A stretch of 64,000 bases of DNA. Origin: Owenia fusiformis (lineage: Eukaryota). The first letter of the stretch is position 1; each line of letters begins with the position of its first letter. A program made the translations under genes and the position numbers. The DNA lies in assembly GCA_903813345.2 (NCBI GenBank), contig CAIIXF020000001.1, positions 18,786,001 to 18,850,000 on the forward strand. The letters are read 5' to 3'. Shown here in pieces: positions 33,663 through 47,689 of the stretch. Below the pieces are notes generated by a model. That model searched no databases. It was not told the origin of the DNA and worked only from the letters and a program-made list of their open reading frames with translations.

Positions 33663-36600
33663 GTAAGTACACTTCTAGATTTATGTTTCTATTTAGATCC
33701 ACTGAGTGACAAAATGCAAAAGTCACTGATTGATCATTTTAGAATTCATTTTGAATTGATCAAAGTTACAACATATTTGAATATATACAGTTTGAAATGA
33801 AGATTCGCATTTAAAAAATTGTAAGACATGTTATGAGAAATTAGAACATCTGTTCCCAGGCATCCGATGTACTATTTTTGTATTTGAGTGACACGACATG
33901 GTAAATCTTCTCGAAAGATTTAGTGTGTTAACCATAACGATTTATTGCGGTTTTGATTATATAGTCTACTTTATAGAGTTTCTTAAGATCTAGGATAGTG
34001 GCAATATCTTCATATGTTGTTCAGATTCATATGACTACCACTGTCACTAATAAAAGACTATTAAAAATTTGACTATAAAAGACTAGATCTACTACTCAAG
34101 GCTATTTATTTCAATCATTGTTTATTTATCAAATACATTTATTTTCAGTGGAATGATATTATAAGGACATTTAGAACACAGATGCCAATTGGTCGCCACA
34201 GGCGGCATATGCGTACATTTGACAATTGTTTTGTGGCTTCGGATGGAGTAGATTGGTTACATGGTTGCCTTGTCAGGAACCCAAATTTTGGTCCTGAAGT
34301 AACTAGGTAAGTAAATTTCAAACGATGTTACTATAGTCCACAATCAATGTGCTTTCATACTGATCAAAGTGATTTGAAATTACTGAATTAGAAAGAGGTG
34401 ATTCTTTTGTAATCACATATTTGTAAATTGCAAGGTTCAGACAATAAATTATGTATTCACAGTTTTAATTATCTGACACATGGGGTGGATCCTGGATAAG
34501 TAATCATGCCAATTGGCTAATTTCTTCAAGATGCATGCATTTGACTTCTTCTTAATGACAGTTAGAACATCCATGTCTATCAGATTCATACAAACTTTCA
34601 AATTACCCTATTAATCAACTGTCTTCTATTATGAGGCAAACATAAAGTTTGTCAATGTTAATAATTAGCAGCTGATATGGTTGAAATCTGCAATCAAAAC
34701 AACCTGTGTTGGAATAATATTATTCCACAAACAGATCAGGGTTTTAATTTACATTCTCTGACAGTTATATTATCAATTAATTTCCATATTAATCCACTTG
34801 GACCTACCATTAATATGTTAACATACAGCTGTTTGAAGTGTTTGGGGGTTCCTCAATGAATATTTGTCAATGCTTTTCAATGTAGCAGTTATGTAAATCA
34901 TTGTTATTTACCTTATACATTCTTGAATACGTTTGTTTTTATAATTCTTATCCCCAGTTCACACACTCCCATTACAGCATTAGGCATTGTAAACATGAAT
35001 GCAGTACAATGCATCATAGTTGTAAAATGCGTTGCTTATGAATGTTCCCAGTAGATTCAAATTTAGTATTGTAGGCCATAGGCTAAAATGATTATTCATC
35101 CTTTTGAATAATCACAGATGAATTCATTATTTTTGTTTGGGGTATAAGAATATTACAATTCTTAATTAAAATTTTCAATAAGGATCCTAAGTTTTTGGAT
35201 AAAGATAAGAAAATTGTTAACAGCTGTAGCATCCTCATTATTTAAAGCACACCAGACATTGATTAATTACCATTTCCTGTTAAATGTTAATCTTACAAAT
35301 TAACATTTTAATTTCATATTCTCTCTTGTGAAAATTGCTCTTTCAATCGTGATTGTTAATTATTTTATAAACACATATAACAAGCAGGACATTATTATCT
35401 AGACTAACTTTTGTCCCCTGTTTTGTAAATTGACACGCTTGTTAGATGTAAATGTGTGTGAAAAAATTGTATCTGGCCTATCTGATTACAGTACAGCCAC
35501 TTTGGCCTGCTGTGTTAATGTCACTTCACAGTTTACATTGGGGGTATTCAACTGATAAAGTATGTGGGTTACATAATAGTATATCATGTTCTTGTAAGAT
35601 AAGGCTTATTTTATGCAAAACTGGCAACTGTCTATATTTGTTTTACGAGTTTCAAATTGTCAACTGTCATTTTCAGTTTGAACAATATTTCTTTGCTATT
35701 TTATGTGTGTAGCATGTATCACTTTAGGCACATTTCATGCATAAATTAACAAGGTTAAATATTCATAACTGAAAACTGAAAAAACTGAATCACATTCAAA
35801 TTGAAAGCCTTGATTGCCTTTCTTAAAATTCTTTTACATACTTTATACTTAAAATATGTATTCATTGTTGACAAGGCCATATTCATAAAGGAACAGCCAA
35901 ATAAATCTTTTCACTTTTCATAGCATAGCAGGGGACACGCAATGTTTCTACAAAATCGCAAAATATTTGTTCATTTTTAAATTAATCCTGTTGAGATATT
36001 TAGTATACTAAATCTATTATTTTGTCTAGTACTAAAGGGGTTTAACTAACGGTAGGAAATTTAATTCAACGGATTGCCTAACATTACCATATGGAACAAT
36101 ATTATTATCCCCATGTTAATCCAGTTTAGAAACCCATAAATACCTTTAAACTAAAACGGTCAAATTATATGAATGCATTTGAAAAACTTTGCATCTTGCA
36201 AGTGCCAGTTGGATCGAATGCCAATCAAATGTAAAAATAGGCAATCAAAGGCCCACAATACAATATTTTATGGAAATATACATTAATATTTTAGATGCGA
36301 AACATTTGTATATTTCAAATTAAAAGTTAGTTTTGTTTGTAGTAAATGTGAGGCCATACCAACATGTCAAAGAAGTATAAGAGGCCATACATTTGTTAGC
36401 TAGAAACCACAAGCAATCCAAAATATACAAACATTTAAGATATGAACATATGTTTACATAATTTTGATTGCTTATCATTTTTTATGATTGATTGGCATCA
36501 GTGTAAAATATTACACTCATGAAAGGATTCAAAAAATCATATAGTCTGAGTTGTTAATCTGTTTTATGGTTTGAGAAATTATGCAGAACTTTCCTCCTTT

Positions 36601-39600
36601 AAAACTTGAGTATCCTGATATGTGAAGTATCCTAATATTTTAAACATTCCATAACAGATAACTTGACTGAAGATTTGTGAATTATTAATTGAAATTACCC
36701 TTTTGTGATAGCACAATTGCTTTGGTTGAGATTAAATACTTTACACAGGTAGACAGGTGGAATATTTTTGCACTTTGATATATAACACATGTATGCATAT
36801 ATCCACACATTGTAGCATTGCCATTTTTATCATCAACTTTGTTTTAACAATAGCTAATAACCTGCTGATCACATCTCGAATCAATATTTTTATACCTGAC
36901 TAAAAAGCAAAATATTGTTCATTTAGATAACAATTTTCTTTATTTTGTATAATCCATTTCCTGGAAATGTTTTACTAGAAGTTGATTTTCTTTATTTTCT
37001 ATGACGATTTCCTGAAAATGCTTTCACTCTAGAAGTAGATTTTCTCTCAAACTTGAGTGGTGTTATTAATTATATGGGGTTTCTTCCAGCCCATGATTAT
37101 CACCGAGCATTTTTTCTCGTGTATTACAGGTCTCAAACGATTCAGTTGTTGGACAAGTTCTCTAAGGCTGGTGTGTTTGAGGAGGTGAAAACTAGGAGCA
37201 GCAGAGAACCATTTGAGGACAATGGCAGACTTTACAGGTACATTATGGACTGGTGTATGACAAATGAAATTATAAATAAAAGGAAATTGAAAGCAAGTGA
37301 TTTTGAATACCAGTGGTCTCCCAAGTAAAGCTAAAAATTTAAATATTACGTGTCACCTTGTTGAAAACACATTTGTTAAAATGAAAACATTGTAAAAGAG
37401 TGAAATGTCGATTTATTTTGACCAAAATAAGTAAAGTTTGGATTTAGCAACATGTTGAAAGAAATCATGGGGAGATCACTGGATACTCCTAAACTAATGA
37501 ACTAGATTATATAAATCAATATTTTTAACAGGTACCCTTAGAGTCTGAAAAAATACCAGAATAATAATATTTTGTTCCCAACTCATCTATTGTGCTAAAC
37601 TGAGTATTATATAAACTGATGAAATTTTTCTCAATTTTAGATTCACCCATTCATCTCCTATTAAGAGTCTGCGGACTCCACTGTCTACACGTACCAACAC
37701 AATTCGTCATAATCCAAACACAGGAGGTGCTAAGATTGATCCTGATAAGCTGAAAACTGTGACATGTGTACCAGAGACAGGGATACCACAATGCCGCCTT
37801 GTGGCTAAGAAATTGACTAATGATGAAATTGAAGAGATTTGGAAAACTATGTACATAGCCAGGTTTGTGAAATATTTCTAACTTTTATCATGGGCTTTCA
37901 ACTATACTCTAATTGAAACCCCATGCTTTTATAAATAAAGTTTCTACTCTGCATAGTCTTAAATTTTTCACATTAAATTAATTTACCTAATGTGTATGGA
38001 TGCTGAAACTTTTAAACTTGTATAAAAATTTGTTATGCTGTAAAATAATCTTGTGTCGGGTCCCTGTGTACCCCCTCATACACCTCCACACATACACTAT
38101 AGCTACAAAGGGGAACAGACTCTTTTGAATGTTGTTTCATTGACTTGTACTGTCTGTACATGTAATTTACCTGTATATTATGGTATCTTTTCCAACGTGT
38201 ATTTTATAGAAATACAAATCAAGACTCAACCAGGGATATTATGTCATGTTTGAATTAATCAAAACATGTTTTTCTATATTGTGTGCATTCCTTTATTGTT
38301 TAGAGTTGACAAGGTGCTAGGAATGAGCTGCACTGATGGCATTCTGAATGATGACCAAATTACCACAAAACACATAATTCACAATATGACTCTCGTTAGC
38401 AAAAATGGAGTCGTCAGCAATATTAAAAAAGAGGGTAGGCAAAAATTGTCACATTTCTGTCATAAATAACAAGAGACTGATTGATTATATTTGGAATGTT
38501 ATTTTCAAATTGATGACACCAGATTCGCTCAAATAAGTAAAATTAAGGATAAGCTATTTATCATTAGATATCATTGAGTCAGTACCATGACTTGCATATG
38601 TATATGTATAAGAATGATACATACCACTTGATGATTGAATTGGAATTTTAAATCTATAAAATGTACTTATAGCTATTATTTTATATTTTGCAGATCAACT
38701 TCCCCATTGGGTAATGTCAGCAATGAAATGTCTCGCACAATGTAAGTTATGAAGTGTAAATAACTTATTATTAATAAATAAAAAACAAAGTGTCTCATAC
38801 AATTTTACGTAGGGATAGCAAGTTTGTGTCCCATTTTTGGAATATTACAAATACTCATTCACCTATCAGAAAAACATACATTAATGAAGAATATATACAC
38901 AGACTTGTAATGTTTCAATATACACTTCCAGGGCCTGATAGGATTGAGGAAGGCCTACCAAACTACCCAGGGTTTGAGAGGGATGTCTTCAAAGTTGTGC
39001 AAGACTACTTTAAGAACCTTCAAGAACCTTTAGTCACTTTTCAGCTTTATGATGTCTTTGCTAATATACTATGTAAGTGGATATTCCTTCTGTATTTTTT
39101 CTTGATGCCACCATTGTTCCAAATCATAAATCAATGATGATAATCTCCAAAGATTAAAGCCCTTAACTTCTTTGCATCAAAGATTGCTGTTCGATATGCC
39201 ATGTCCTGTTGGCCTGCCTATTTTCTAAACTGTAAACAATAAGATATATCATACTTTATTTCAAATAAGCAGTGTCTCAAATGCAAAACAAAAACAAGAT
39301 GACCCATATTCACCAGGTAGTTCATTAAGTTCAGGCAAAAAATCTCTCAAATTGCAACTTTCACACTACATATAGTAGAGATTTAGACATGAATAATGAT
39401 TTGCTATTTCATCTTATGTTTCAATCTTATGTTTTTGGTGTTTCAGTGTGTTTTACTCATTTTTACTTAGTGCTTTTTTTCGATATTCCAGTACGTGGTG
39501 AGAACCTGAACAAATGTGCCAACAACAATGATTCAGTTGACAGCAACAGCTTTGGCTCAAGACCTGGCTCAAGTTTCCGATTCCCAAGCCGCCTGGCTTC

Positions 39601-42600
39601 ATTCGGTTCTGTTGAGAACCTTCTAATGAACATGACAATGAATGCCCAGTCTTCAATGCTGGAGCCAGACACCCAACCTGATAAAATGACCCACCATCCA
39701 AGTGGAGCCAGTTTAGAACTTTCTAAAATCAATGCTGTTCCTGAAAGAGATTCAATATCAGAACAATATGATAGTAGTCCACGCTTGAAATTTGAGACTG
39801 CATTTTTCGGGCCTGACAACGAGGCTGTTACTCGTGTGTATGAAACACGGGAATTGTTTGAACGACAAGCTGCACAGGGAACCTCTCAGCCTTCTAGCTG
39901 GTTTAGCAGAGGCTCCATCTATTCCACTTCCAAATATGGTAGCACTTCAAATTTCGATTCTCTTAGAAATGTTCATACTGACTATAACTCCCCAGATTCT
40001 AACATAGCTTATGCCCAAAAATATTACTCAACCACTAACCTACTTGGTAACAATGGTAACAACCAGGAATATGTTAACGGTAATAATCATATCCGTCATT
40101 CACAGAGGTATTATTCCACATCTGACGTCAACAAGGATCATGGGAATCATTTTCAATCTGGTACCTTGGGTCAAAGATATGCAAATACTGACTCTCTGAG
40201 TACCTTGGGTAGCCAAGATTTGAGGTTTCAATCTACAAACACTCTCGCTAATGAAGTGTTTGTTGACGATTATGGGTACCAAGTGCCTATAAGACCACCA
40301 AGGCAAAGTATAACAAATCCACCCAGACATAACTCTGCACCAGGGACACCACAACAAAGACACATGTACAACCAGGGGACACCACTCAGTCGTGGATTCC
40401 AGAATACAGGGGGCCAGGGTCATTACCAGGGGATCTCCTCCAATCAATATGAGTACCAACGGGGCACCCCACCAGTGTATAAAGCACCCCCACGATACAA
40501 CACTGGCAATGTTAACCATCAACCTGTGCTATGTGGAGCAACACTACGTGACCACAATATTAACACTAGCCATAACAACACAGGGGGTTCAAGTTCAAGC
40601 TATCACTCGGCACAGAGCCACCTCTCAGGGGATCATTCATTGGCAAATATAAGCAACCAATCAGTCGCATCCACCCCCGATGAAGCCCTACAGTTTCAAC
40701 GAAGATTAGCCATGCCATACCGCACCAAGTCTGGATTTTCTCAAAGGGAGAATGAGTTGAATGTGCACCTGCATGAGACCCCTACTAACAGCAGGCCTTC
40801 TCTTGGAAGTACTACAAGTAAGGGTATTACTTGTCTTTTCACATTGCTTCATATTTCTCTATTTAATACAACTTGAAGCTCATCTTATATCAAGTCATAA
40901 TGATAACCACCCTTACTTGTTTTCATATATATACTTTGGGGAACTTTAAAGCACATCTTCAACATACACTGTATAGTACAGCGAGTAACTACTGAGAATA
41001 CATATATGTGTAGAAAGTGCACTAGTTGTTAACTGCATGGGCTGTTGTTGGTCGGTAACTAAAACAACTAATCTATATTGACATTGTAATTATGAAAAAG
41101 TAGACCTTTAGACCCTCAGAGATTTTTTTGAACTATTGTAAGAATTGGAAGAGTGTATTTTTTTATAATGAACCTACCAGGGCCTGAATTTGTATCACAT
41201 CCATGGTCTCATTAAGTTTTATACAGAAATTGATTTAAAATTGAAGTTCCCCCTTTATGAATCTTTTGCTAAATGATGAATATTTTTTTTTAATTGAATG
41301 TACAATCTTTTATTCACCGTTGTTTGTTTTTCTCTCCCTTTGCAGGTCTCTACTCTCCTGGAGGCCACAGCAGAATACAAGAATCCCTGCAGATGGCCTG
41401 CCTCCTAATTCCACCAGCCAACAGACGTAAACTCCATCTATTGTTCAGGTTGATGACTAGGATGTCTGAAAACCCAAAACTCCAAGACTTGGAGCCCAAC
41501 TTGCCAACAAGAAGTTTGGTAAGATTGCTTTATACGTATGGTAATAGAATGTTACTTATACTAATACAGTAAATCCTGTCTAAGTTGAACACATTTGGTA
41601 CTTCTAAAAGTGTTCCTCTACTTATAAAGGTCCATTTAACATTAAATCAGTTGGTCTTTGCACTCTTAATAGAGGTGTCCCACTTCTAGAGGTGATCTAC
41701 TCTACAGATTTCACTTTACATGTATTTCTTATAACATTTTGAACAAGATTCCAACAAAGACTAATCATAATAAGCATTCTCACCATGTTTGTAAGCAGCA
41801 TTTATTTGTTTATTGAATTAATAGTACAAGTAGATTTGACAAATTATACAGCATTATCTCGTTCATGTTTTCAGATGTTACAGACATTTACACGATGTAT
41901 CATCCGGAGTGAAAAAGAGGCTGACCTTGACGAGCAGATGACATTGAGGCTGGTCACATTTCTGTTGGATAACTACTCAGAAATCCTTAAAGTTCCAGAG
42001 GACTTCAAACTTGATACAGAGAACAAAATAGCACATGTTAGAAGATCAAGGGTAGGTATTGTTTCTGGGAATGGTGGAATCTTTGACCAGTGAACTAATT
42101 TCAGCACATTTCTGGGTCTCTATGGGTTTTCTAGGTTATGTTCTTTGTTTTCGATTTAAAATGCTAAGAATTTGGCTTTAACAAAGATAAAGAAAATGAA
42201 AAGAAAATCTAACTGTTGAATGGGAAAGTAATGAAATCGTGTTCACTGTGAAAGATTGTTCCTTATATGAATATAAGCTGCACAAAGGCGAGGAAAAAAA
42301 TGATGAATATCTTGTTGCATTTTTGAATGTCAATCTTGTTGCATTTTGACTATTAACATGCATGGAACTTCATAGATATTAGGTTTTACAATACTCAAGG
42401 TATCTTAGTATAAATGTATTCCCTGTTGTTATTAGATTAAAGGCACAACCATACTAATGGATGATAATGTGCCTTTTGCTATAATCTCTATATGTAGTAG
42501 GTAATAACTATAGTTAACTGTTATGCACAATTACAGCAAGCAATACTAAATAAATACAGTAAATATATGTTACCTAACAAATACAGTATCTGCAAGGAGT

Positions 42601-44263
42601 CAGGATCCCCTCCCCTCACTTTCCCACCTCATAACTGCACTTGTCCTATATGTCATCCCACACACACCATACTTAATCAATGTTTACCATACTAAATCAA
42701 TGTTTATTGGTTATATTCGGTTTTAGAATTCATTGTCATGTTTGTGCTTGGTTGGTTACCAATATTTTTATTTAATTTTTTTTATTTGCATTTATACTTA
42801 CAGTAAAATTAGTGCTAGATTGCATTATTGGATGTGTATTTATAGTGCATTATTTGTTTGTTATTTATATTTTTATTATTTATTTATATGTAATTGTGCT
42901 ATTTTGTGTCTCGCATGTCTAAGCTAATGCATGGTGCTTGCTTTACTTTGATAATTACTAATGAGCATGAGATAAAATACTATTTTTATGCTCATTGTCA
43001 TTTAGGATATGTTTATTTAGGGCTCATAAGATTCATACATTTGGGCAATGAATTGATCACTATAGACATGTTAAGAGCAAATTTTATTAAAAATTTCCAA
43101 AAATTATTATTAATGCCTCAGTATGTTTCCCTTTTCGATTTAATTCAAAATCTACATTTTCTATATTTTTTAATGATTTGATCCTGAAATTGCCATATTA
43201 TACTGAAAACCCCCCTGTAGTTGCTAAATGATTTTCACAGACATTATCTCAAGTACATATAAGATAAAAATCAATTACTGTAAATTGTAAAGATGGCAGT
43301 CCCAGTCAACAACATACTAAATATAATTTTATTTCTTTCATTGCTTATACTTATAGTAATATTTTCAAACAAATTGTAACTTAAAACTTATTGATTTGAG
43401 AATTTTATTTTGGAGTACTTTTTGATTATTCATTTATATTATTACCAGTATATAGTTTCAGTCTTATTGCCCCTTTACTCAAATATAATAGCCCTATTAG
43501 GAGATTGGAATGAAGAACATGCATGTTTTCCTTGATTAAGACAGAGACAAATGAAACAGTATGTCTCTTCATAAGAGTACATTTTTAGTGGATACTAAGG
43601 CTAGAGTAAATAAATAATTGTTAAGTATTTTCTAGCTCCCTTATTTATTTCAATGAAGTCCCTGTAAAAATAATAACATCAACCATGAGGAAATGGGGTT
43701 GTACCTAGTAGGAAAATAGGGGAGACAGGGCAAATGGGTGGGAGCAGGATGAGAGGTTTCTCCTTTGGGAGAAAATGGGAGATATAGTTAATGTGGCAGC
43801 TTAAGGATGTCATCACATGGCCTCATCACTGGATGGTAAAATTGAAACCCTTTGTGAGACTTGTGTGTTGCTGTGTAGTGTAGTGTGCTTTCTATCTATC
43901 TTCATGTTGTTCTATCCCACATCTCCCTTACACTTGCAGATAATGTATTCCTCCGTTCAAGACAAAACCAATCAGGTCACTTATTGTGAACAAATTTCGC
44001 AGGACGAATATGAGTCGCAGAAACTGAGTTCCTCCCAATTGGCGATCGCTAGTCTGCTTGATGACATCATCAACCATCCACGAATGAGTGAGAAAGACAA
44101 GAAGAAGAAACTGAAGCAGTTCAAACTTACATACCCTGCTGTCTATGAGAGAAAGTTTCCTACGCATGCACTGGAAAAAGAAGCGCTTCCAAAAAAACCG
44201 AAAATCAAGAAACCCCTGCTGATTACTCAATCCTTGTCAAAGTTAAAAGCAATGAGATTCTAG
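33615..44263 (+). CDS. DEPDC1: DEP domain-containing protein 1/1B-like (DEP plus split RhoGAP-like domain), 11 exons, 951 aa
   Basis: Exons 33615-33662, 34149-34306, 37130-37237, 37641-37862, 38304-38434, 38694-38741, 38932-39072, 39492-40817, 41346-41518, 41875-42051, 43940-44263 total 2856 nt in one frame. Motifs GPYRATRLWN, NFGPEVTR, LPHWVMSAMKCLA, GFERDVFK, LLIPPANRRKLHLL and KKKKLKQF match DEPDC1/DEPDC1B. Confidence 0.95.
34149..34306 (+). CDS. DEPDC1: DEPDC1 exon 2 (DEP)
   Basis: WNDIIRTFRTQMPIGRHRRHMRTFDNCFVASDGVDWLH...NPNFGPEVTR. Confidence 0.95.
37130..37237 (+). CDS. DEPDC1: DEPDC1 exon 3 (DEP)
   Basis: SQTIQLLDKFSKAGVFEEVK...FEDNGRLYR. Confidence 0.94.
37641..37862 (+). CDS. DEPDC1: DEPDC1 exon 4
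   Basis: FTHSSPIKS...IPQCRLVAKKLTNDEIEEIWKTM. Confidence 0.92.
38304..38434 (+). CDS. DEPDC1: DEPDC1 exon 5
   Basis: VDKVLGM...HIIHNMTLVSKNGVV. Confidence 0.92.
38694..38741 (+). CDS. DEPDC1: DEPDC1 exon 6
   Basis: QLPHWVMSAMKCLAQ. Confidence 0.94.
38932..39072 (+). CDS. DEPDC1: DEPDC1 exon 7
   Basis: YPGFERDVFKVVQDYFKNLQEPLVTFQLYDVF. Confidence 0.94.
39492..40817 (+). CDS. DEPDC1: DEPDC1 exon 8 (442-codon low-complexity insert)
   Basis: Long open frame in phase with exons 7 and 9; ttccag acceptor, gtaagg donor (alternative in-phase donor at 40823). Confidence 0.88.
41346..41518 (+). CDS. DEPDC1: DEPDC1 exon 9
   Basis: ESLQMACLLIPPANRRKLHLLFRLMTRM. Confidence 0.95.
41875..42051 (+). CDS. 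DEPDC1: DEPDC1 exon 10
   Basis: MLQTFTRCIIRSEKEADLDEQMTLRLVTFLLDNYSEILKVP. Confidence 0.95.
43940..44263 (+). CDS. DEPDC1: DEPDC1 exon 11 (last coding exon)
   Basis: YCEQISQDEYESQK...KKKKLKQFKLTYPAVYERKFPT, TAG at 44261-44263; first AATAAA at 44513. Confidence 0.95.
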   Translation: MMYSSVQDKTNQVTYCEQISQDEYESQKLSSSQLAIASLLDDIINHPRMSEKDKKKKLKQFKLTYPAVYERKFPTHALEKEALPKKPKIKKPLLITQSLSKLKAMRF

Positions 44264-45567
44264 AAACATATAGATACAACTGAACTGCTTTTTCTCATTT
44301 TCTCATTTATGTAATTGAGAAACTAAATTCACTTGAAGAATGAATGCATTTTAGTATAATCAGATATTATTGTAATATCTTAATAATAAGTATAATTTTA
44401 CATTATATAGTCATGCAGTTTACCTCAAAATAGTTGTATGTTCAAATGTGTTCAATGTTTCTACCTGTTTATTGTTGTGTTCAGTGTTACAAAGTTTTCA
44501 AATAGTTTTGTCAATAAATTATGTACAGTTGTAAATAATCAAGAGCATTTTGTAATATTTTCAGCAATTTATTAGATGTTATTTAGTGGAATTCAATTTT
44601 TGTAGAAACATCATATGATTCAATGTCATTTCTTTAAATGATATAATGATACTAAGACTTATTTGGAATGAATCTGTTTATATTTCAGTTTTTCTTTATA
44701 AATGGCAACACAAAACAAATCAAGTAAAACATTACTTGTTATAGTACTTTATGAATGATTTAATAGGTTGGGTGTTAGTCCCACATTGTGACAAGGTGTA
44801 CTTCATTAGACTGTGCAATGGTATTTATAGTGTATACTTCTTGCACTTTTAGGTGTAATTAGTAATAATCAGAGAGTGAGAATGTTCTAAACAAAGTATT
44901 TTTTAGTTGATGTGTTCACTTTATCATTTTAGTTCATATGTCTGAAATTGTCATTGTAACACATACACTTCCAGAGTATATTTCATATGTGAAGAAGATC
45001 TGTTGAATAATTTAAAACATGTAAGATTCACATGCATTATTTTGCTGATGATTTGATTAAGTTTCACAAATTAGTAATGCTACCAATTATACCAATGGAA
45101 TCTGGCTCGATGTGTTCTTAGTCCAGTATTCCTGTTACATGTTTTGTTATATTCAAATATCAAATTCTGTTCATTTGTCAAAGCATGTTAAATTCATAAG
45201 CATGATAATCATTATTAGAAAATGTTTAATTTATGTATGTATTATGTATATTTGTATGTTATGTAAATATGTGTATAAAATACCATAAAATATAGTATAT
45301 ATATAATTATAGTCTGGTATCAAGTCTTTGTGTTAGTTCCCTTTCTTAGAGAGGGAAAGACAGTTCTAGTTGTAGGCTTAGAATTTAAGACTATAATTCA
45401 AGACTATAGTTCAAATTCAAAATAGACTGGTAGATAAAATACTTTTACAAAGGGTGATCTTTTTCATTCTTTTTTCAAAGGTATAAATAATTACAAGCAT
45501 CTTTACTTTTAGTGTATACAAACTAGACCCCAAATTATCAATTTATAACTCAGGTGCTTTATCTCCC

Positions 45568-45848
45568 ATTTTTATGTGACAAAGTTGTACTAAAACTATA
45601 ATAGTTATGATAAGTGTATCAGTCGTGATACTACAGACAAATAGAATGCAATGATTGTGACCCTTCCTAACATTGATTGGTTGAATGAATGTTTGGAGAA
45701 GTTCCTAATTTTTATGTGACAAAGTTGTACTAAAACTATAATAGTTATGATGAGTGTATCAGTCGTGATACTACAGACAAATAGAATGCAATGATTGTGA
45801 CCCTTCCTAACATTGATTGGTTGAATGAATGTTTGGAGAAGTTCCTAA
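45568..45848. repeat. 140 bp direct tandem duplication
   Basis: Two adjacent copies with one visible mismatch (gataagt/gatgagt). Confidence 0.92.
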
Positions 45849-47309
45849 ACTGGACCTTAAAAAACCTTTTAGAGAGGCTCCGACCATCAACTGTCAATCA
45901 TGATCACTTCTCAGAATTTCAAACAAATGTGATAGGCAGTTGATAAATTGAAGCTTTGTGTGAATTTCGATTGAGTCTGTTTTGGCAGTTTTGTGCTGAA
46001 TTACATTTCTACCATAAGCATCCATTATTTCATTATCCATGGCATAATAAAACTACTCTCATGGTAGTTTAAGAATTATTTTGTCACACATAGAATGAAA
46101 TGCTTCGAGCTTATTCTGGGCCCATTTTTGGTCACCCTGTAGTATCTGATATATTTATTTATCTACAGACAGGAGCAGAATGGTTTAGTTTTACAGTGGT
46201 CATGACTGAACTGTTCATAATATGTTGGTCAAGATATACCTTGGGTCATAAATATGTGACCATCAATTAGTTTTGAATTACATCATGTCTATAACATTTT
46301 GAATATAGGGAAAGATATGGGCACTTATTTCAAGACTATAACACAAGTGTAAATTGAGACTGTTATAAATACTTAATACAGGTTTATCATATTGTTTCCA
46401 AAAATTAATAATGTTGACCTTTAGTTGCCATGGTGTATGTGAAGCACATGTACTTATCAAAAGCAGAAGTAAGTCAGTTGGTCAAGGACTGGAGATAATA
46501 GTGTCCTTTGCTCGTAACTTATCATAAAATACTGACATCTGAGATATAATCCTGCAGTAAAATTATTGATTTGCCTACCCCCTTGACAGATTGAAGTAGA
46601 TTTGCTTAGTATATCTGATTCAGTGTTTTTTTGTTTTTAACATTTCTTTTCATAAAGTTAACTGAGGGGACCAGGCAGTTATCCAAGATTGAAAATTAAA
46701 TGTCACATTTGTAAAAATAAAGCTTGATTATAATTTTACTTTCAAAATTATCAAAAAATCTTTTCAGAAAAGGTTTCTTTACGACATGTTGAACATTTCA
46801 ATTCACATCTGTTCCGGCAACAACCTTAGGACCTGCATCATCTGTTCTTTCCTGGGTACTATTATATCCCAATGGTCTAGTGTTTTGGCTTCTTAGTGCA
46901 TAACCATTTGCAAAATGAACTGACACGCATTGTGCCCTAAAATGCATTGTGCCCTAACTATCAGGTTAGGAGGGCGGGCTACCAGTACATTTACAGTTGT
47001 TATATCATTCGACATGACTGTTTGTAATATTTCTCAAACAAGTATATTGTGTTTTAGTGGTAAATATTACAGTGGATATATTTCAAACATGTTTTGTATA
47101 AAGTTTGAGTGAGATAGATGTCACGTATGTACTAGCTGAAGCATATTTCTGTTAAAATAACCATTTTGTGAAATTTTTTAACTAAGCCCATGTTTAGAAA
47201 TTTTGCTTTAACTGTAAAAATTCATAATAAATTGTAAAATTCAAAATATTGTATACAGTAAGTAAGACTTGATCTAAGGAACGCTATATGGACGAAGAGG
47301 TAATGCATA

Positions 47310-47689
47310 CTGTACTCCCAGTATTTTTCGCGTGCGATTTATTTTACCACAACCGCGAAAATTGATCTTCGGGAAATTGTCAGTTAAATCCTCCGGGATT
47401 TGTGAAATTCTTATTACCTGGATCCATTGAATTCCATTGCGTTTCATGATTTGTAAAACATTTGTTCAGTTTTATTAGCCAATAAATGTGATTCTAAGCA
47501 ATATTGTCTTTTACAGTGTCTTGTTCGATCAAACATACGAAAAATTACGATGAAATAGAGGTTACTGTACATGAGGTTATTTATTTACAGGGCTTGAGGA
47601 TTCAGATTTTAATTTGTGAAATCCGCGAAATTTAATAGCCACGAAATCATGTTTTCTTAAAAAACTCGCGAAATTAACTGGGAGCACAG
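47310..47689. mobile_element. TA-flanked MITE
   Basis: ta-ctgtactcccagt ... actgggagcacag-ta with internal cgcgaaa motifs. Confidence 0.7.

Noticed and set aside
39453..40652. Antisense and alternate-frame ORFs over DEPDC1 exon 8 (and the one at 43928-44230 over exon 11)
   Set aside because: Shadows of the real coding frame.
46790..46940. Possible minus-strand terminal exon after a ttttag acceptor
   Set aside because: Only ~45 codons in the best frame, no recognisable homology, no partner exons found.
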